Shown here piece by piece: positions 9,962 through 20,096 of a stretch of 58,730 nucleotides of DNA (its first letter is position 1; every line of letters starts with the position of its first letter). Origin of the DNA: a virus (Duplodnaviria; Caudoviricetes); the IMG/VR virus record IMGVR_UViG_3300008110_000203, positions 1 through 58,730 of that record. One strand, 5' to 3'. Position numbers and translations under genes: made by a program. The notes beneath the pieces were generated by a model. That model searched no databases, was not told where the DNA came from, and saw only the letters and a program-made list of their open reading frames with translations.

Positions 9962-10804
9962 TCACGGCCCGCCGAGACCAGGGTCTGGGGGTGTGGGGCC
10001 GCCACCGGACGTCAGAGTAATGGCCACCCGAGCGGCGTTTACCCCAAGATCCAGTGAGACTCGGGTGTCCGCACCCGCTGCTGCTGATCCGATATCTCGG
10101 ATCAGCAACTGTATGGGGGATGTTGCCGACCAACCGGTCACCGCTTTCAGTTCATCCAGTATTGCTTTGATGTCGAACGTCATCCAAGGGGTGGTGTTCG
10201 TCGTCCAGTCGGCATACGCCGTCGTGGTCGTCTTGCCGATGAGGGTAGCCCAGCTCGTGATCGACCCGGACTGGTCCGTGGCGTACTTCAACGCACGCAC
10301 CCGGAACGTGCGATTCGGCACGAAGTAGTCGGCAACGAACACGGCAATGGCGAATTGAATCGTGTCCGTGACCAACAGGCCGGGTGCCGGGACGTGAGCG
10401 TACGTGGCAAACTCATACGGGTTGGCCGCGGCTCGGGGCGTGATGTTGTCAAACCCCGCGGTCGGTGTGGGGGTCTGAACCCACCCAGTATCGCTGCCTG
10501 CACCTCCGGTGAACGCGTTGCCCGACAACGTTAGCGAGAATGAGGGGCCGTCCTTTTTATCGTAGTAGATCGTGACGGAACCGGAAGTAATGCGGAGGTA
10601 CAGTTTTGCCCCAGCAATGGGTGAGGGCATCCCGTACGCGTTTGGACTGATCAGCGGTGCTCCGTAAAAAGTTGACGGAGGCATGCCGACAGACCACGCA
10701 TACTCGACGGTTCCCGTGCCGGCCAAAGAAAAAGTTGGAGCGTCTGGGTTCAGCCAATCGGAGGCTGTCCACCAAGACGACGTCAGTGGTAGGGAGATTG
10801 CCAT
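9962..10804 (-). CDS. putative tail/receptor-binding or minor virion protein
   Basis: 280-aa ORF rich in beta-strand, Thr/Gly/Trp residues, within the tail cluster. Confidence 0.55.
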   Translation of the reverse strand: MAISLPLTSSWWTASDWLNPDAPTFSLAGTGTVEYAWSVGMPPSTFYGAPLISPNAYGMPSPIAGAKLYLRITSGSVTIYYDKKDGPSFSLTLSGNAFTGGAGSDTGWVQTPTPTAGFDNITPRAAANPYEFATYAHVPAPGLLVTDTIQFAIAVFVADYFVPNRTFRVRALKYATDQSGSITSWATLIGKTTTTAYADWTTNTTPWMTFDIKAILDELKAVTGWSATSPIQLLIRDIGSAAAGADTRVSLDLGVNAARVAITLTSGGGPTPPDPGLGGP

Positions 10805-10805
10805 T

Positions 10806-12227
10806 TTACGGGGGGCTCACTGTTATTGATGTGGGGAAGTCTGAATAGATAGAATCGCCCGGGGTCCACGAAGGTGGGGTGTTTCCGGATCCTGCAAAGT
10901 CTTTCCACTGCTGTGGCGGTAGGTTGAGAGAAGGCTGGTGGTAAAACCCTTGGGCGTAGGGTACGAACACTGTTGACCCAGACTGGTTCCACTCCCCTTG
11001 GGTGTGCCGATATCCGCTGGGCATAACCAGATCTGAAAACTTGTTGTTATTTTGTGGTGCATACCACACGACTCGTTTTGCAACAGAACCAGACACAGCG
11101 CCCGGTGTGGGTTTGAAAACTTGAATTATCGGAACCTCGCTGTTGCTTACGAACCTAAACCCTTCGCCAGAGTTGGACGTGACCTCAGGAAAAGGCCACA
11201 CCCCGAATAACTCAGCACCTGCTAGGCCGTCGTAAAACCACCCGGTTGGTGGTGTGCCCACAATGGCTTGCGAAACCCCACCAACCAAAGGCCCCGCAAC
11301 AACAATCTTGTAGTTTTGAAACACAGAAGACCTTGTGAAGCCCCCCACTTCGACAATGTTTTCTCCGGGCCAAGAGCCAATATACCCCACCTGATCGACC
11401 AACCCCCCGGCAGACCCCGGGGCTGGGTGTACAGTAGCCGCGTGCCACAGATCGATGTGTATTGTTTTCCCTCGGTGCGCGGCCAGCTCTACGTCAAACC
11501 ATCTAAGTTCGCTTGCGTCCCCGAACTCTGGAGATTTTACTTGGACAACCCCCGTGACGTCCACACCATCCGCCAGCAAACGCGCATACGTCGTGCCGTT
11601 GCCTACGCCGTATGCGAGTTGTAGAACCCCCTTAACGTTTACATACACCCCGCCTATCACGGGGAAACCAATTCTTCGGAGCAGCCTATCATTGCCTTGG
11701 CTCCTGACAGACCACCGCACCCTAGTCGCAGAAAAATTCTGCAAATGAGTTATGCTGTCTGATACATACTTTTTCGTTGGTGGAGCCTTTTGGTACGTGT
11801 TGTATGTGCCTAAGTCAGATACAGTACCCGTTCTCCTAGACGCATCGTACGGTTGTGGGTACTGGTTGTCGTGGTTGTACGGGTACGGACTAAAAGGGTT
11901 GTTCTGCCTTTGCAGAAACCCGTAGAAACCCTCCGACCAATCGTGCAGCTCATACCGAAAAGGCTGCGCTAATACTGCTGTTGACGTGGGGTAGGGGTTT
12001 GCCACTACGCCCGGCGGTAGTGTCAAATAATACCCAACCCTATTTCTGTATGGCTCAAGAGCCAGATTTGAGTTGACCGACTGAGTGCGTATGTTGAAAG
12101 GCCCCCACACATACTGCCCGGTGTCCGTACCAAGTTCTGAAGGTAAAGGCCCGACCGCCCGTAAGTGCCTATGCACAAAGTCCGTGACCGGGTTTTGGTT
12201 GCACTTACAACATCGCCCGAGCTGCAT
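10806..12227 (-). CDS. putative tail fibre/receptor-binding protein
   Basis: 473 aa; Cys-rich start (GRCCKC); aromatic/Gly-rich; visibly more AT-rich than neighbours. Confidence 0.5.
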   Translation of the reverse strand: MQLGRCCKCNQNPVTDFVHRHLRAVGPLPSELGTDTGQYVWGPFNIRTQSVNSNLALEPYRNRVGYYLTLPPGVVANPYPTSTAVLAQPFRYELHDWSEGFYGFLQRQNNPFSPYPYNHDNQYPQPYDASRRTGTVSDLGTYNTYQKAPPTKKYVSDSITHLQNFSATRVRWSVRSQGNDRLLRRIGFPVIGGVYVNVKGVLQLAYGVGNGTTYARLLADGVDVTGVVQVKSPEFGDASELRWFDVELAAHRGKTIHIDLWHAATVHPAPGSAGGLVDQVGYIGSWPGENIVEVGGFTRSSVFQNYKIVVAGPLVGGVSQAIVGTPPTGWFYDGLAGAELFGVWPFPEVTSNSGEGFRFVSNSEVPIIQVFKPTPGAVSGSVAKRVVWYAPQNNNKFSDLVMPSGYRHTQGEWNQSGSTVFVPYAQGFYHQPSLNLPPQQWKDFAGSGNTPPSWTPGDSIYSDFPTSITVSPP

Positions 12228-12231
12228 CGCA

Positions 12232-12864
12232 TCACCCGCAATCTGCTACGTACAGCCGCCACTCCCCGTCAACCATTTCCGCCTCCGCCCAAGCTCCGGA
12301 CACAATCGATATGTTCTTCATTCGACTGAACACCGTGATGTTCTCACCAGAGTCTTCGAACGTTCCCGCCGGCGTTCTCCGCCACACCCGAAACGATGCC
12401 GTTGCGGGGGCATTCGCGGGGTTGGAAGACGCTGCTAGGTTTCCGCTCAACCGTCCGAAGTATTTCGGCGTAGCCTCGCCTGTCGCAATAACAACCGCGG
12501 TCGTGTCCGCAGACGGGGCGGGATACAGCACGCGAAAACCACCACCGCCCCGGCCAATACCCCAAGACCCTGGGATCGGGCCGACCAAGGACCCCGCATC
12601 CGGAGCCCCTATTATCTTTACCCTCCGGGGTGTTGTCCAGAGGTACGCCTCACCGAACGTGTTCGCTGCTATCGGGCGGGCACCGTTGACCAAATACAGG
12701 GCGGAACCCGTAGCGTTTGGCTTGTTGGCCTGGAGAATTCCGGCTACCGGGTTTGAGCGAAAACTCATAACCGCATACGGAGGTATGGCCTCTCCAGACA
12801 CGTTTCGAAACCTCAACGCGTACTGCGGCTCTGCTGGGGCTCTCGAGTATGTTGGTTCAACCAT
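12232..12864 (-). CDS. putative tail protein
   Basis: 210-aa ORF in the tail cluster (FRNVSGEAIPPYAVM motif; ends GEWRLYVADC). Confidence 0.55.
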   Translation of the reverse strand: MVEPTYSRAPAEPQYALRFRNVSGEAIPPYAVMSFRSNPVAGILQANKPNATGSALYLVNGARPIAANTFGEAYLWTTPRRVKIIGAPDAGSLVGPIPGSWGIGRGGGGFRVLYPAPSADTTAVVIATGEATPKYFGRLSGNLAASSNPANAPATASFRVWRRTPAGTFEDSGENITVFSRMKNISIVSGAWAEAEMVDGEWRLYVADCG

Positions 12865-14515
12865 CGACGGTATCCAGTCGGGCTTGGTCCAAATCTCTCA
12901 CTGAGTATTCCGCCATTGCCGCCACGCGTCTCTCCCGACGAGAAGGAATCCCCCGGTCGAATTCCCAGTTTCGAGAAGCAACGGTGCGGTTCACCGCGTG
13001 CTCAAACTCTCCGCAAGTCAGCACATGCTGTACCTGCAGAATAGCGCCGTCGCATCGCAGAGTCAACTGTGGCTGCGAATACACTACTTGCTGGGCGGCT
13101 CCTGTGGCGTAAAGGCCAGACACTGCCGTTGCGTTGCTGTCGGCAATTGTCTGCAGATCTGTCTGGTTTGTGGTTTGCCCGGTCATTGCGTGATTGCCTG
13201 AATAGTTGGCGATGATCTCAAACCGAGACTCGCCCGAGACCACAGCGTATCCGCTACCCTGCGGGTACACATCGACATCCACGAACTGCTGGTGTGTCGC
13301 GTACGTGGAGGGGCTGCGGATTTGAAAGGCACATTCGAGGTACAGTTGGGCGGGCTCAAAATAGTTGCTGGTCGGGTTGAAGATCACCTGCGGCTCCGAG
13401 AATATCACCATCCCGTACTCCGGCTCTGTTCGGAAAAAGTCTGTGACTTGATCCGTCACCGCAGTGTCCTGCAGGTCCTCTCCCGCCGCGAATGTGGGAT
13501 CCTGCCACGACAACCGTTTTGTCCGCTTGCCGTAGACCCGCGGCCAGCCTCGCGTATCCCAATCACGTATCGTCTGCTTTTCCAACAGCCCGGATTGGAG
13601 CGGCAGGATGAAGTCCAACCCCGGAACAGCCGTACCAAAGAACGGCAACACCCACGTGGGGGCTTGTGCCGTGTCGTTGACAAACCCTCGAATCCTGTAG
13701 GCCCTGCGAACAAAGCCCAGGCTGGTCTCTCGAGTTTGAGCCGTGATGCTGTTGTCTTCGTCTTGCAGGGCGTACGGAGATGTTGTACCCCACCCGCCAG
13801 CAGGCTTGTAGGACAGGTCGTCAATCGGCTTCCAGCGACCGTCAGTGTCTAGGCCTACAGCCTCTAACGCCATACGAGCCTGCATACACGTTCGACCAAA
13901 CACAGTGCGCACGTAGCGGGGGGCGACTTTTGGGTCGAGGCCTTCGGTACGCAGAAACACGTCATTCGTCGGCAACGTCGCCCCAGTACCAAGCCGTACC
14001 ACCTTCACAGGCTCATTGCCAAAGTTCAAAGCGATTGTGTACCCTCGATCCTCTAACAGCTTGCGAAGATGCACCGCAGGAGATGCCTGCTCGAACGTGA
14101 CTCGGGGGTAGACGTTGGTCGGCAACACAGACACGTCAGCACTGGGCTCCCCCATAGCCGTCAACAATATCGTCGCGATCTGCCGCAGGTTTTTCTCCGT
14201 AGCCGTGACGCGCTTTCCGCCCATCACCAGGTTGTAGTCTCCAGAGATCGTTGGTAGACGCGACCAATGGTCGCGTCTGTCGAGCAGGATGATGTCTAGG
14301 AATTTACCCTCGACCAACTTAAACGAGGCCACGTCTACGACGCAATTCGGCAGAGTGATTGTGGTCCCGCCCCACACCATCGTCAAAGTGCCTGACGTCG
14401 GAAAGTTCCCGATCTGCGGCAAGGCGCGTAGTTGAACCTTGTCGGGATCAAAACCGGAATGCTGCGTGTACACCATCTCGCACGGGTACGATATACCCGG
14501 AAACGACCACGGCAT
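12857..14515 (-). CDS. putative tail/baseplate hub protein
   Basis: 552-aa ORF downstream of the tail tube cluster. Confidence 0.5.
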   Translation of the reverse strand: MPWSFPGISYPCEMVYTQHSGFDPDKVQLRALPQIGNFPTSGTLTMVWGGTTITLPNCVVDVASFKLVEGKFLDIILLDRRDHWSRLPTISGDYNLVMGGKRVTATEKNLRQIATILLTAMGEPSADVSVLPTNVYPRVTFEQASPAVHLRKLLEDRGYTIALNFGNEPVKVVRLGTGATLPTNDVFLRTEGLDPKVAPRYVRTVFGRTCMQARMALEAVGLDTDGRWKPIDDLSYKPAGGWGTTSPYALQDEDNSITAQTRETSLGFVRRAYRIRGFVNDTAQAPTWVLPFFGTAVPGLDFILPLQSGLLEKQTIRDWDTRGWPRVYGKRTKRLSWQDPTFAAGEDLQDTAVTDQVTDFFRTEPEYGMVIFSEPQVIFNPTSNYFEPAQLYLECAFQIRSPSTYATHQQFVDVDVYPQGSGYAVVSGESRFEIIANYSGNHAMTGQTTNQTDLQTIADSNATAVSGLYATGAAQQVVYSQPQLTLRCDGAILQVQHVLTCGEFEHAVNRTVASRNWEFDRGIPSRRERRVAAMAEYSVRDLDQARLDTVDG

Positions 14516-14527
14516 GTTGACCTCAGA

Positions 14528-15280
14528 TTACGGAGGGAGAAACCCGGGAAACAATTGGGACACCGTGGCCTCCTGCACATACTTCCACGAGATCGGGTAC
14601 ATCTCGGGGTTCCCTGCTGCGTTCAAATCCTGGGGCGAGTCGTACGCCAACTCTCGCAGAGGGCCGTGCTCGAGAGTAGGGAACAGTGGGGCTGGGGGTG
14701 TTGGGTATGCCTGACGCCCGATCGCTTGGCCTTCTTGTATGTAGAAAAATGTTGTCGCAGTCTGGAGTGTCTGCTTCTGTGGGTCGCCGACCTCTTGGGG
14801 GCTGTACCGCCACCGCGGGCCGCCGTTGCCTTTAATGGTCAGCCTCTCCCGGTAGGAATGCACGCCTGTCCCAGTGCGAACCTCTGCACGCAGGACGATG
14901 GAGTAAGACCTGCGGTTGAGGTATTCGATTTGGCCGGTCCACGGCCCTTCGATGTATGTGGGGGGTTGGATAACTTTGACACCGCCGAAGGTGTTTGCGC
15001 TGGTCAACACGTGAGCTGTGGCCGTAACGCCGTCGGGCAAATACAGACCGCAGTTTTGGTTATCAACCGCGTACGCCGCTTCCAAGCTCTGCAGGGCGGT
15101 AGTCAACAAGGCCTTGGTCTGATCTGGGGTGGCTTGAGTCGGTACGATCTTGACGCCCACGATAGTGTACTCAAAAATCGTGCCCATCCTGCGGCGGTAG
15201 CCGTCCATAATCGCCGTAGCAGCGACACGCAACCCGCACTCACAGTTGTCGTGGGCGTAGTTTCCGTATTTGAAAATCAC
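14528..15280 (-). CDS. putative distal tail-like protein
   Basis: 250-aa beta-rich ORF; position in the tail operon. Confidence 0.45.
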   Translation of the reverse strand: MIFKYGNYAHDNCECGLRVAATAIMDGYRRRMGTIFEYTIVGVKIVPTQATPDQTKALLTTALQSLEAAYAVDNQNCGLYLPDGVTATAHVLTSANTFGGVKVIQPPTYIEGPWTGQIEYLNRRSYSIVLRAEVRTGTGVHSYRERLTIKGNGGPRWRYSPQEVGDPQKQTLQTATTFFYIQEGQAIGRQAYPTPPAPLFPTLEHGPLRELAYDSPQDLNAAGNPEMYPISWKYVQEATVSQLFPGFLPP

Positions 15281-15281
15281 G

Positions 15282-16226
15282 TCAGTACCTCCTGTCTAAC
15301 TGACTCGACTGACGTGACACAAAATGCTGCGACACCATCTCAGACGTGCTTTCGACTCCCGCGGCGACGGGGGGCTGAAACAGATTCCTCGGCGTAACGT
15401 CGGTCGGGGCGTTGGGTGCCGTCCGAGCGGTGAGTCTGTCAGCAGCCTCAAACATCGCCTTTGCATCGAAAACAGTTGGCGGGGGTACTACAAAATCTAC
15501 TCGGATATTGGGCGTCACCTGCACGCCGCTTACCATATACGGCTGTTGTGGGTTGGCGGGATCTCCGACGTTCGGGCGAGGTATTGCTGCGGTGGCCAAC
15601 ACGCCGGCGGCGTACTCCGGAGATACAACTTTTGCAATCGCGCCTTGCGATTGGTTGGCCGGGGTGTATTCTGCAGGAGGGGCGGACACGAACCGTGCCG
15701 CCGCGAATTCCGCGGACTGTTGCCGGGACGCTTCCCGCTCTGCCGGCGTTGCGAACGGGGATACAGCCTCTCGGGGTGCGTTTACCTCCGCAGGGTTTTG
15801 AGTGTACCACTCATATCGAGAGGGCTTAGCCGGACCGACCGTCTGAAAAACTGCCGAGATTGGCGATGCAGGTGCAGCCGTCGCGGGTTCTGACGGTCGA
15901 GCTGTAGCAACTCGACCGGTAGATTCAGGCCGCTGGGTGCCGACCGCCGGAGCGGCGCTGGTTTGCACATTCGTGGCGACCCCTGCGACAGGGGTCGCAA
16001 TCTGCTGCTGTGTGGCCGGCAACGCGGGTGTTACGCTTCCGTACTCATTACTTGCGACACTCGCCGGACTGACAGGCTGGGTTCCCACAGAAGAGGCACG
16101 GGACGTCTGGAGGCGAAACTGCGCCGCGTGAAGAAGATCCATCGGGTTTGGTAAAACCCGCTCCTCGGGAGGCGCCTCGGCCAGCAAGCGGATCAGTTCC
16201 GGGATTGTTTCCACGCTGCACCACAT
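15282..16226 (-). CDS. hypothetical Ala/Pro/Ser-rich protein (position where a tape measure would be expected)
   Basis: 314-aa ORF overlapping the upstream ORF by 179 nt. Confidence 0.5.
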   Translation of the reverse strand: MWCSVETIPELIRLLAEAPPEERVLPNPMDLLHAAQFRLQTSRASSVGTQPVSPASVASNEYGSVTPALPATQQQIATPVAGVATNVQTSAAPAVGTQRPESTGRVATARPSEPATAAPASPISAVFQTVGPAKPSRYEWYTQNPAEVNAPREAVSPFATPAEREASRQQSAEFAAARFVSAPPAEYTPANQSQGAIAKVVSPEYAAGVLATAAIPRPNVGDPANPQQPYMVSGVQVTPNIRVDFVVPPPTVFDAKAMFEAADRLTARTAPNAPTDVTPRNLFQPPVAAGVESTSEMVSQHFVSRQSSQLDRRY

Positions 16227-16869
16227 TGTCTAAGACTGAGCGGTATGTCATATATCTCGGGCAGTTGCTGAGTTTATGGACCTGAAACCGGTACGTCCAA
16301 TAATGTTGCCACAGTTTCCGAAACTGCGGGTTTGACACCCCCAAGCTGACCTCAGGGCTGCCTTTGGCGCAGGACCCTCCGGGTGTCAGGCAATGCGGCA
16401 CACTCCCCGGCGGAAGTTTGTACGGTTGCCCCGAGTGGTCGAGCCCCACTGTGAAGTGTACCAGATCGACTCGGTATTCCGAGCACAGACTACACGAGAA
16501 GCGGCTGACCTCTGGTTGTTGGGCTTGCATGACAGCGTGATCTCGAACCTGCTCAGGCGTCAAGGCGGGTTTTGCCATCGCCTGCAACACTGCGATAAAA
16601 TCTTCGCTACTGGAGACCACCGTTTTGATAAGGTCTTCGATGGAATCGACCGGACGTAACGTGAAAACGTACGGGGGTTGGAATACCGGCAAAAGCCAAC
16701 GCCTGTTTTTATCGAACCTCGTATACGCGGCAAACAGCTCTGTCGGTTCCACCAATCCGACCGTGGATCTGACGTACAGCACAGGCGACATCTCAGCCGC
16801 TCTGGACTTAAGATTGACGGCTGCTGTCGCCCCGTCATCAATCTCCGCGGGTATCAGTGTGGGGGTCAT
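16048..16869 (-). CDS. hypothetical protein, tail assembly chaperone candidate
   Basis: Directly follows the tail tube gene; contains CxxC motifs. Confidence 0.45.
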   Translation of the reverse strand: MTPTLIPAEIDDGATAAVNLKSRAAEMSPVLYVRSTVGLVEPTELFAAYTRFDKNRRWLLPVFQPPYVFTLRPVDSIEDLIKTVVSSSEDFIAVLQAMAKPALTPEQVRDHAVMQAQQPEVSRFSCSLCSEYRVDLVHFTVGLDHSGQPYKLPPGSVPHCLTPGGSCAKGSPEVSLGVSNPQFRKLWQHYWTYRFQVHKLSNCPRYMTYRSVLDNVVQRGNNPGTDPLAGRGASRGAGFTKPDGSSSRGAVSPPDVPCLFCGNPACQSGECRK

Positions 16870-16881
16870 CTCAAAACCTCG

Positions 16882-17763
16882 TCAAGTGCCGTACAGCGAA
16901 AACGTAAACGCCGGGTCGTTGCCGCTTCGGTACGCCTCCCATGTTTCGTTGATCCTGATCTCTTCCGTAGCGCCCGGCACCGACGGGCTTTGGGGCACAA
17001 GCACGCCATACCCCATGCTGAATGTGAGAGAGTCGTTCCCGTTAGTGATACGGTGAGACAAAGCGCGGGGCGTGACAGCTCGGTTCAGCCAGTAGTGGTC
17101 TTTGTTCGCTGCGATGTACGGGCAAGCGAAGGCCAGCAGTACCTGTCGCGGCCCGGGACCGACGTCGGTCACCGTCTCGCTGGCATTCCAGCTCGGCACC
17201 AACCTGTTGTCAATCACGATAGCGTAGCGGTCATGGGCCGCGGCCACCCCGCCGACAGTAAGATCCGCCCCCGGGAATGCGATCAGGTTGTCAACGGTCC
17301 CGTCCACAAACGAGAACGCGGCGTCCTCAATTTCATCTGTCGCAATCCAAGTGGACTCGGCTTGGATAGGCATAGTGCCGACCTGACCGCGCAACACCAA
17401 CCGCTGCAGTCGGCAAGACGTGTATTTGTGCTTAGCGCCAACCTTGTCAACGCAGATCTCGGTGGTGCCTACAGACTCATTCGCCGTGTACAACCACGGA
17501 GACGCCTGCGTACCGGCTCCCGTGCGAGTAGTGCCGGCCAACGCGAGCAGTTGGTCAAGGATCGGTCGAGTAGCGTCGTGTGTGAGCTGGAACTGCACCA
17601 GCTTGCGGCCAGTGGCTACCCGCTGCACAATCGGATCGCGACTACCGCAAATAGCCGACGGGTTTACCACACGCTCTTGCGTCGAGCTGTCTTCAAACGA
17701 AGCGAAACAGAAAGCGTTTCCTCCGATACTGACCCGACTGCTGACGCCCGTGCTTACTGGCAT
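16882..17763 (-). CDS. major tail tube protein (putative)
   Basis: 293 aa; beta-rich pattern typical of tube proteins (ICVDKVG..KYTSCRLQRLVLRG; IVIDNRL); canonical position after head-tail genes. Confidence 0.6.
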   Translation of the reverse strand: MPVSTGVSSRVSIGGNAFCFASFEDSSTQERVVNPSAICGSRDPIVQRVATGRKLVQFQLTHDATRPILDQLLALAGTTRTGAGTQASPWLYTANESVGTTEICVDKVGAKHKYTSCRLQRLVLRGQVGTMPIQAESTWIATDEIEDAAFSFVDGTVDNLIAFPGADLTVGGVAAAHDRYAIVIDNRLVPSWNASETVTDVGPGPRQVLLAFACPYIAANKDHYWLNRAVTPRALSHRITNGNDSLTFSMGYGVLVPQSPSVPGATEEIRINETWEAYRSGNDPAFTFSLYGT

Positions 17764-17766
17764 GTC

Positions 17767-18303
17767 TCACGCTCCACGAGGGTGCCGCACCATAACCTGA
17801 AACACAAACTGTGCCACAACTTGAGCACTCCGCACAAACGATGCAGGGTCTACGCTCGTGCGTCGCACGGTCTGAACAACGTAAGGATCATACTCTGTTG
17901 GACTGGCGTCCTGCAAGAACGGATTGGGTGTGGTCAAAAGCGATTGGCGGATTATTGACTGCCACTGAGAAAAAGACTCGAACGTCGTCAAATTGGATTG
18001 AGGGCAGTTCTCGACGATGAGGATAGCGACACGAACAATCTCGTCATCCGCTGTCGAGACGCCGGACGGGGTGGCTGTGTCAACCGGTAACGCCGACACA
18101 AGAATGGCCGGCAACGGGATGTTCCCTACACCGCTCGAAGTGCGTGTCTGCTCGGACCCTTCCAACGCTCGGACTTGGCGGATTGCAGAAGGGTGAACCT
18201 GCCGGCACCGCTCCCCCTCGACCGGCACAAATTTGTTTTGTGCGGCCAAGGTCTGCAGAATCGTCAGGGTGCGAGACAGGATTCTCGTTTCAGGAGACGA
18301 CAT
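17767..18303 (-). CDS. putative tail terminator/head-tail joining protein
   Basis: 178 aa immediately upstream of the tube gene; LPAILVS segment. Confidence 0.45.
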   Translation of the reverse strand: MSSPETRILSRTLTILQTLAAQNKFVPVEGERCRQVHPSAIRQVRALEGSEQTRTSSGVGNIPLPAILVSALPVDTATPSGVSTADDEIVRVAILIVENCPQSNLTTFESFSQWQSIIRQSLLTTPNPFLQDASPTEYDPYVVQTVRRTSVDPASFVRSAQVVAQFVFQVMVRHPRGA

Positions 18304-19447
18304 ATCCGATATCCTTCAGCCGCAGCCCGTACCAATACTGAAGTTCAGAACGCATGTTGGTGACGTTTCGGTTATCCGCGGCTAAGGCTTCGCGGACTGC
18401 GTCCGCGAGATTGGACTTCGACACCAGTTTTTCGTTGTGGTTCCCCACCGGGCGTGTGCCATATTCGTCTTCGGCTAAGCGGAACACCAGGCTTTGCATG
18501 GCCCCGCCCGCGCAGTCAATGTGGGTGGACGCCACGTAAGCCACCCCGCTCGCCGATGCGGTTGTGTCTGACACTCGCACTTGCGTGGAGGATAAGAACG
18601 CTGTCACCAGCATTTCCGACACGGGGGTTTCTAAGACCGACGGGTCTTGTGCGTAATCGCCGTACGAGCCGACAGGGGGTGTCGTCGCGCTAGCCGACAG
18701 CCTCAACACCGCACCAACAAAAGCGGGTGTCACTATCGGGTCTGAAAAGGTGGCGATCCCGTCGGCAACGCTGACCGTTCCTCTCGACTCCCGGACAAGT
18801 AACTGCGACGGGCGTCGGGCTTGGTACATGTACGCCAGTTCTGTGGGTGTGTAGATCTCGCACGGTATCCACAGGCACCATCGCCCAGGGTGCCGGGGGT
18901 CCGCAAAAATCGAATACTGCGTCGGCAACGTCGGCGACCACGAAAACCCCTCTTGGATTTGAAACGCTGTTGTCGGAGAAACCCGCCACATCCGGATGTT
19001 TTGGTGGCCTTCGTACACCACTATGACATCACTTACCTCAGCAGGTAGGGGGTACAGTACCTGCTGCAGCACATAACTCACGTTAGTCAGGTCTACGGCA
19101 GGTCTGGTCTCTGGGTACAGCTCAACCTGTGTAGAGCTGAGCCTACGGAAAATAGGGTACCACGTGCGATCTATGAGAAGGTGTTGGGTAGGAGCCATCT
19201 CCGGAAACGTGTTCCCGGTGAGGGTGACCAACCCGGTGTTTTTGGAGAACGACACAGTGCCTGTGTTTTGGCCGGGATACACCCGCAGCACTCCCGAACG
19301 GTGGAAGTAACTCCAGCTTGCGAGAGTGTGCATGCGCCCCCACGCCATCTGCACAGCGTTACGTACGCGCTGCTCCAGACTGCCCGACAGTATGGTGTCG
19401 AGCTGGGTGGCCAAAAAACTCATGACGTCCGCAAAGCTAAGTAGCAT
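18290..19447 (-). CDS. putative head-tail adaptor protein
   Basis: 385 aa; N-terminal helix followed by WSYF; YPLPAEV motif typical of adaptor proteins. Confidence 0.5.
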   Translation of the reverse strand: MLLSFADVMSFLATQLDTILSGSLEQRVRNAVQMAWGRMHTLASWSYFHRSGVLRVYPGQNTGTVSFSKNTGLVTLTGNTFPEMAPTQHLLIDRTWYPIFRRLSSTQVELYPETRPAVDLTNVSYVLQQVLYPLPAEVSDVIVVYEGHQNIRMWRVSPTTAFQIQEGFSWSPTLPTQYSIFADPRHPGRWCLWIPCEIYTPTELAYMYQARRPSQLLVRESRGTVSVADGIATFSDPIVTPAFVGAVLRLSASATTPPVGSYGDYAQDPSVLETPVSEMLVTAFLSSTQVRVSDTTASASGVAYVASTHIDCAGGAMQSLVFRLAEDEYGTRPVGNHNEKLVSKSNLADAVREALAADNRNVTNMRSELQYWYGLRLKDIGYVVS

Positions 19448-20096
19448 CTTTGAAAACCTTGGCGCACTGCTCCAGTGTCGTGGGTGCGTTTCGAACGTCG
19501 TCAGCGGTTACCAGCTTGGTGTGCTGGTAAATCACCTCTTCCTTCAGGTCTGCATCCGACACATTGCGGTACGTGTCTGGCTGCTCCTGACGGTATTCGT
19601 TCATATACCTCTGAACAATGTCAGGGGCCATGCGAACAATCTGCGGGGTGGGCGTGACTTGGTCGCCGACTACTTCCCAGTCGCCCTGCACATCGCGGCC
19701 CCGCTCCCGAGCATACTCCTGCACACTCTGCAGAGAGTTTTTGTGGGTGACGACCGCACGAGGGTCCCCGGGGTACTCAACCAGGCCGCGGTACACCACA
19801 GCGTCGGCTGGCAAATCCTCGCCGGTTTTTGCCCGGTAGTTTTTGCGGTACAGCGCCAACATCTCAGGGCAACCCCGGAACGTTTTCTCGACATTGCCCT
19901 CGTTCGCCATCACCATGCGATCATCGACCCCGGTTGTGGGGGCCTTCCGACACGCCAGCATGGCCGCCATACGCACGCCCTCGCGGGCTACTATGGTGTC
20001 AAAGAACGCCACGGCTTCCGGCCCGCAGGCCCACACCGCCTCAAACTCAGACTGATCCGACAAACGACTGTACCGCTGTGGGGGTTTACTGGACAC
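19437..20096 (-). CDS. hypothetical protein
   Basis: 219-aa ORF coupled to the portal gene. Confidence 0.6.
   Translation of the reverse strand: MSSKPPQRYSRLSDQSEFEAVWACGPEAVAFFDTIVAREGVRMAAMLACRKAPTTGVDDRMVMANEGNVEKTFRGCPEMLALYRKNYRAKTGEDLPADAVVYRGLVEYPGDPRAVVTHKNSLQSVQEYARERGRDVQGDWEVVGDQVTPTPQIVRMAPDIVQRYMNEYRQEQPDTYRNVSDADLKEEVIYQHTKLVTADDVRNAPTTLEQCAKVFKDAT

Noticed and set aside
16153-16159. G GGT TTT slippery site for a tail chaperone -1 frameshift
   Set aside because: A -1 shift leads to a frame that stops shortly afterwards; the overlapping ORF 15282..16226 is in the +1 frame
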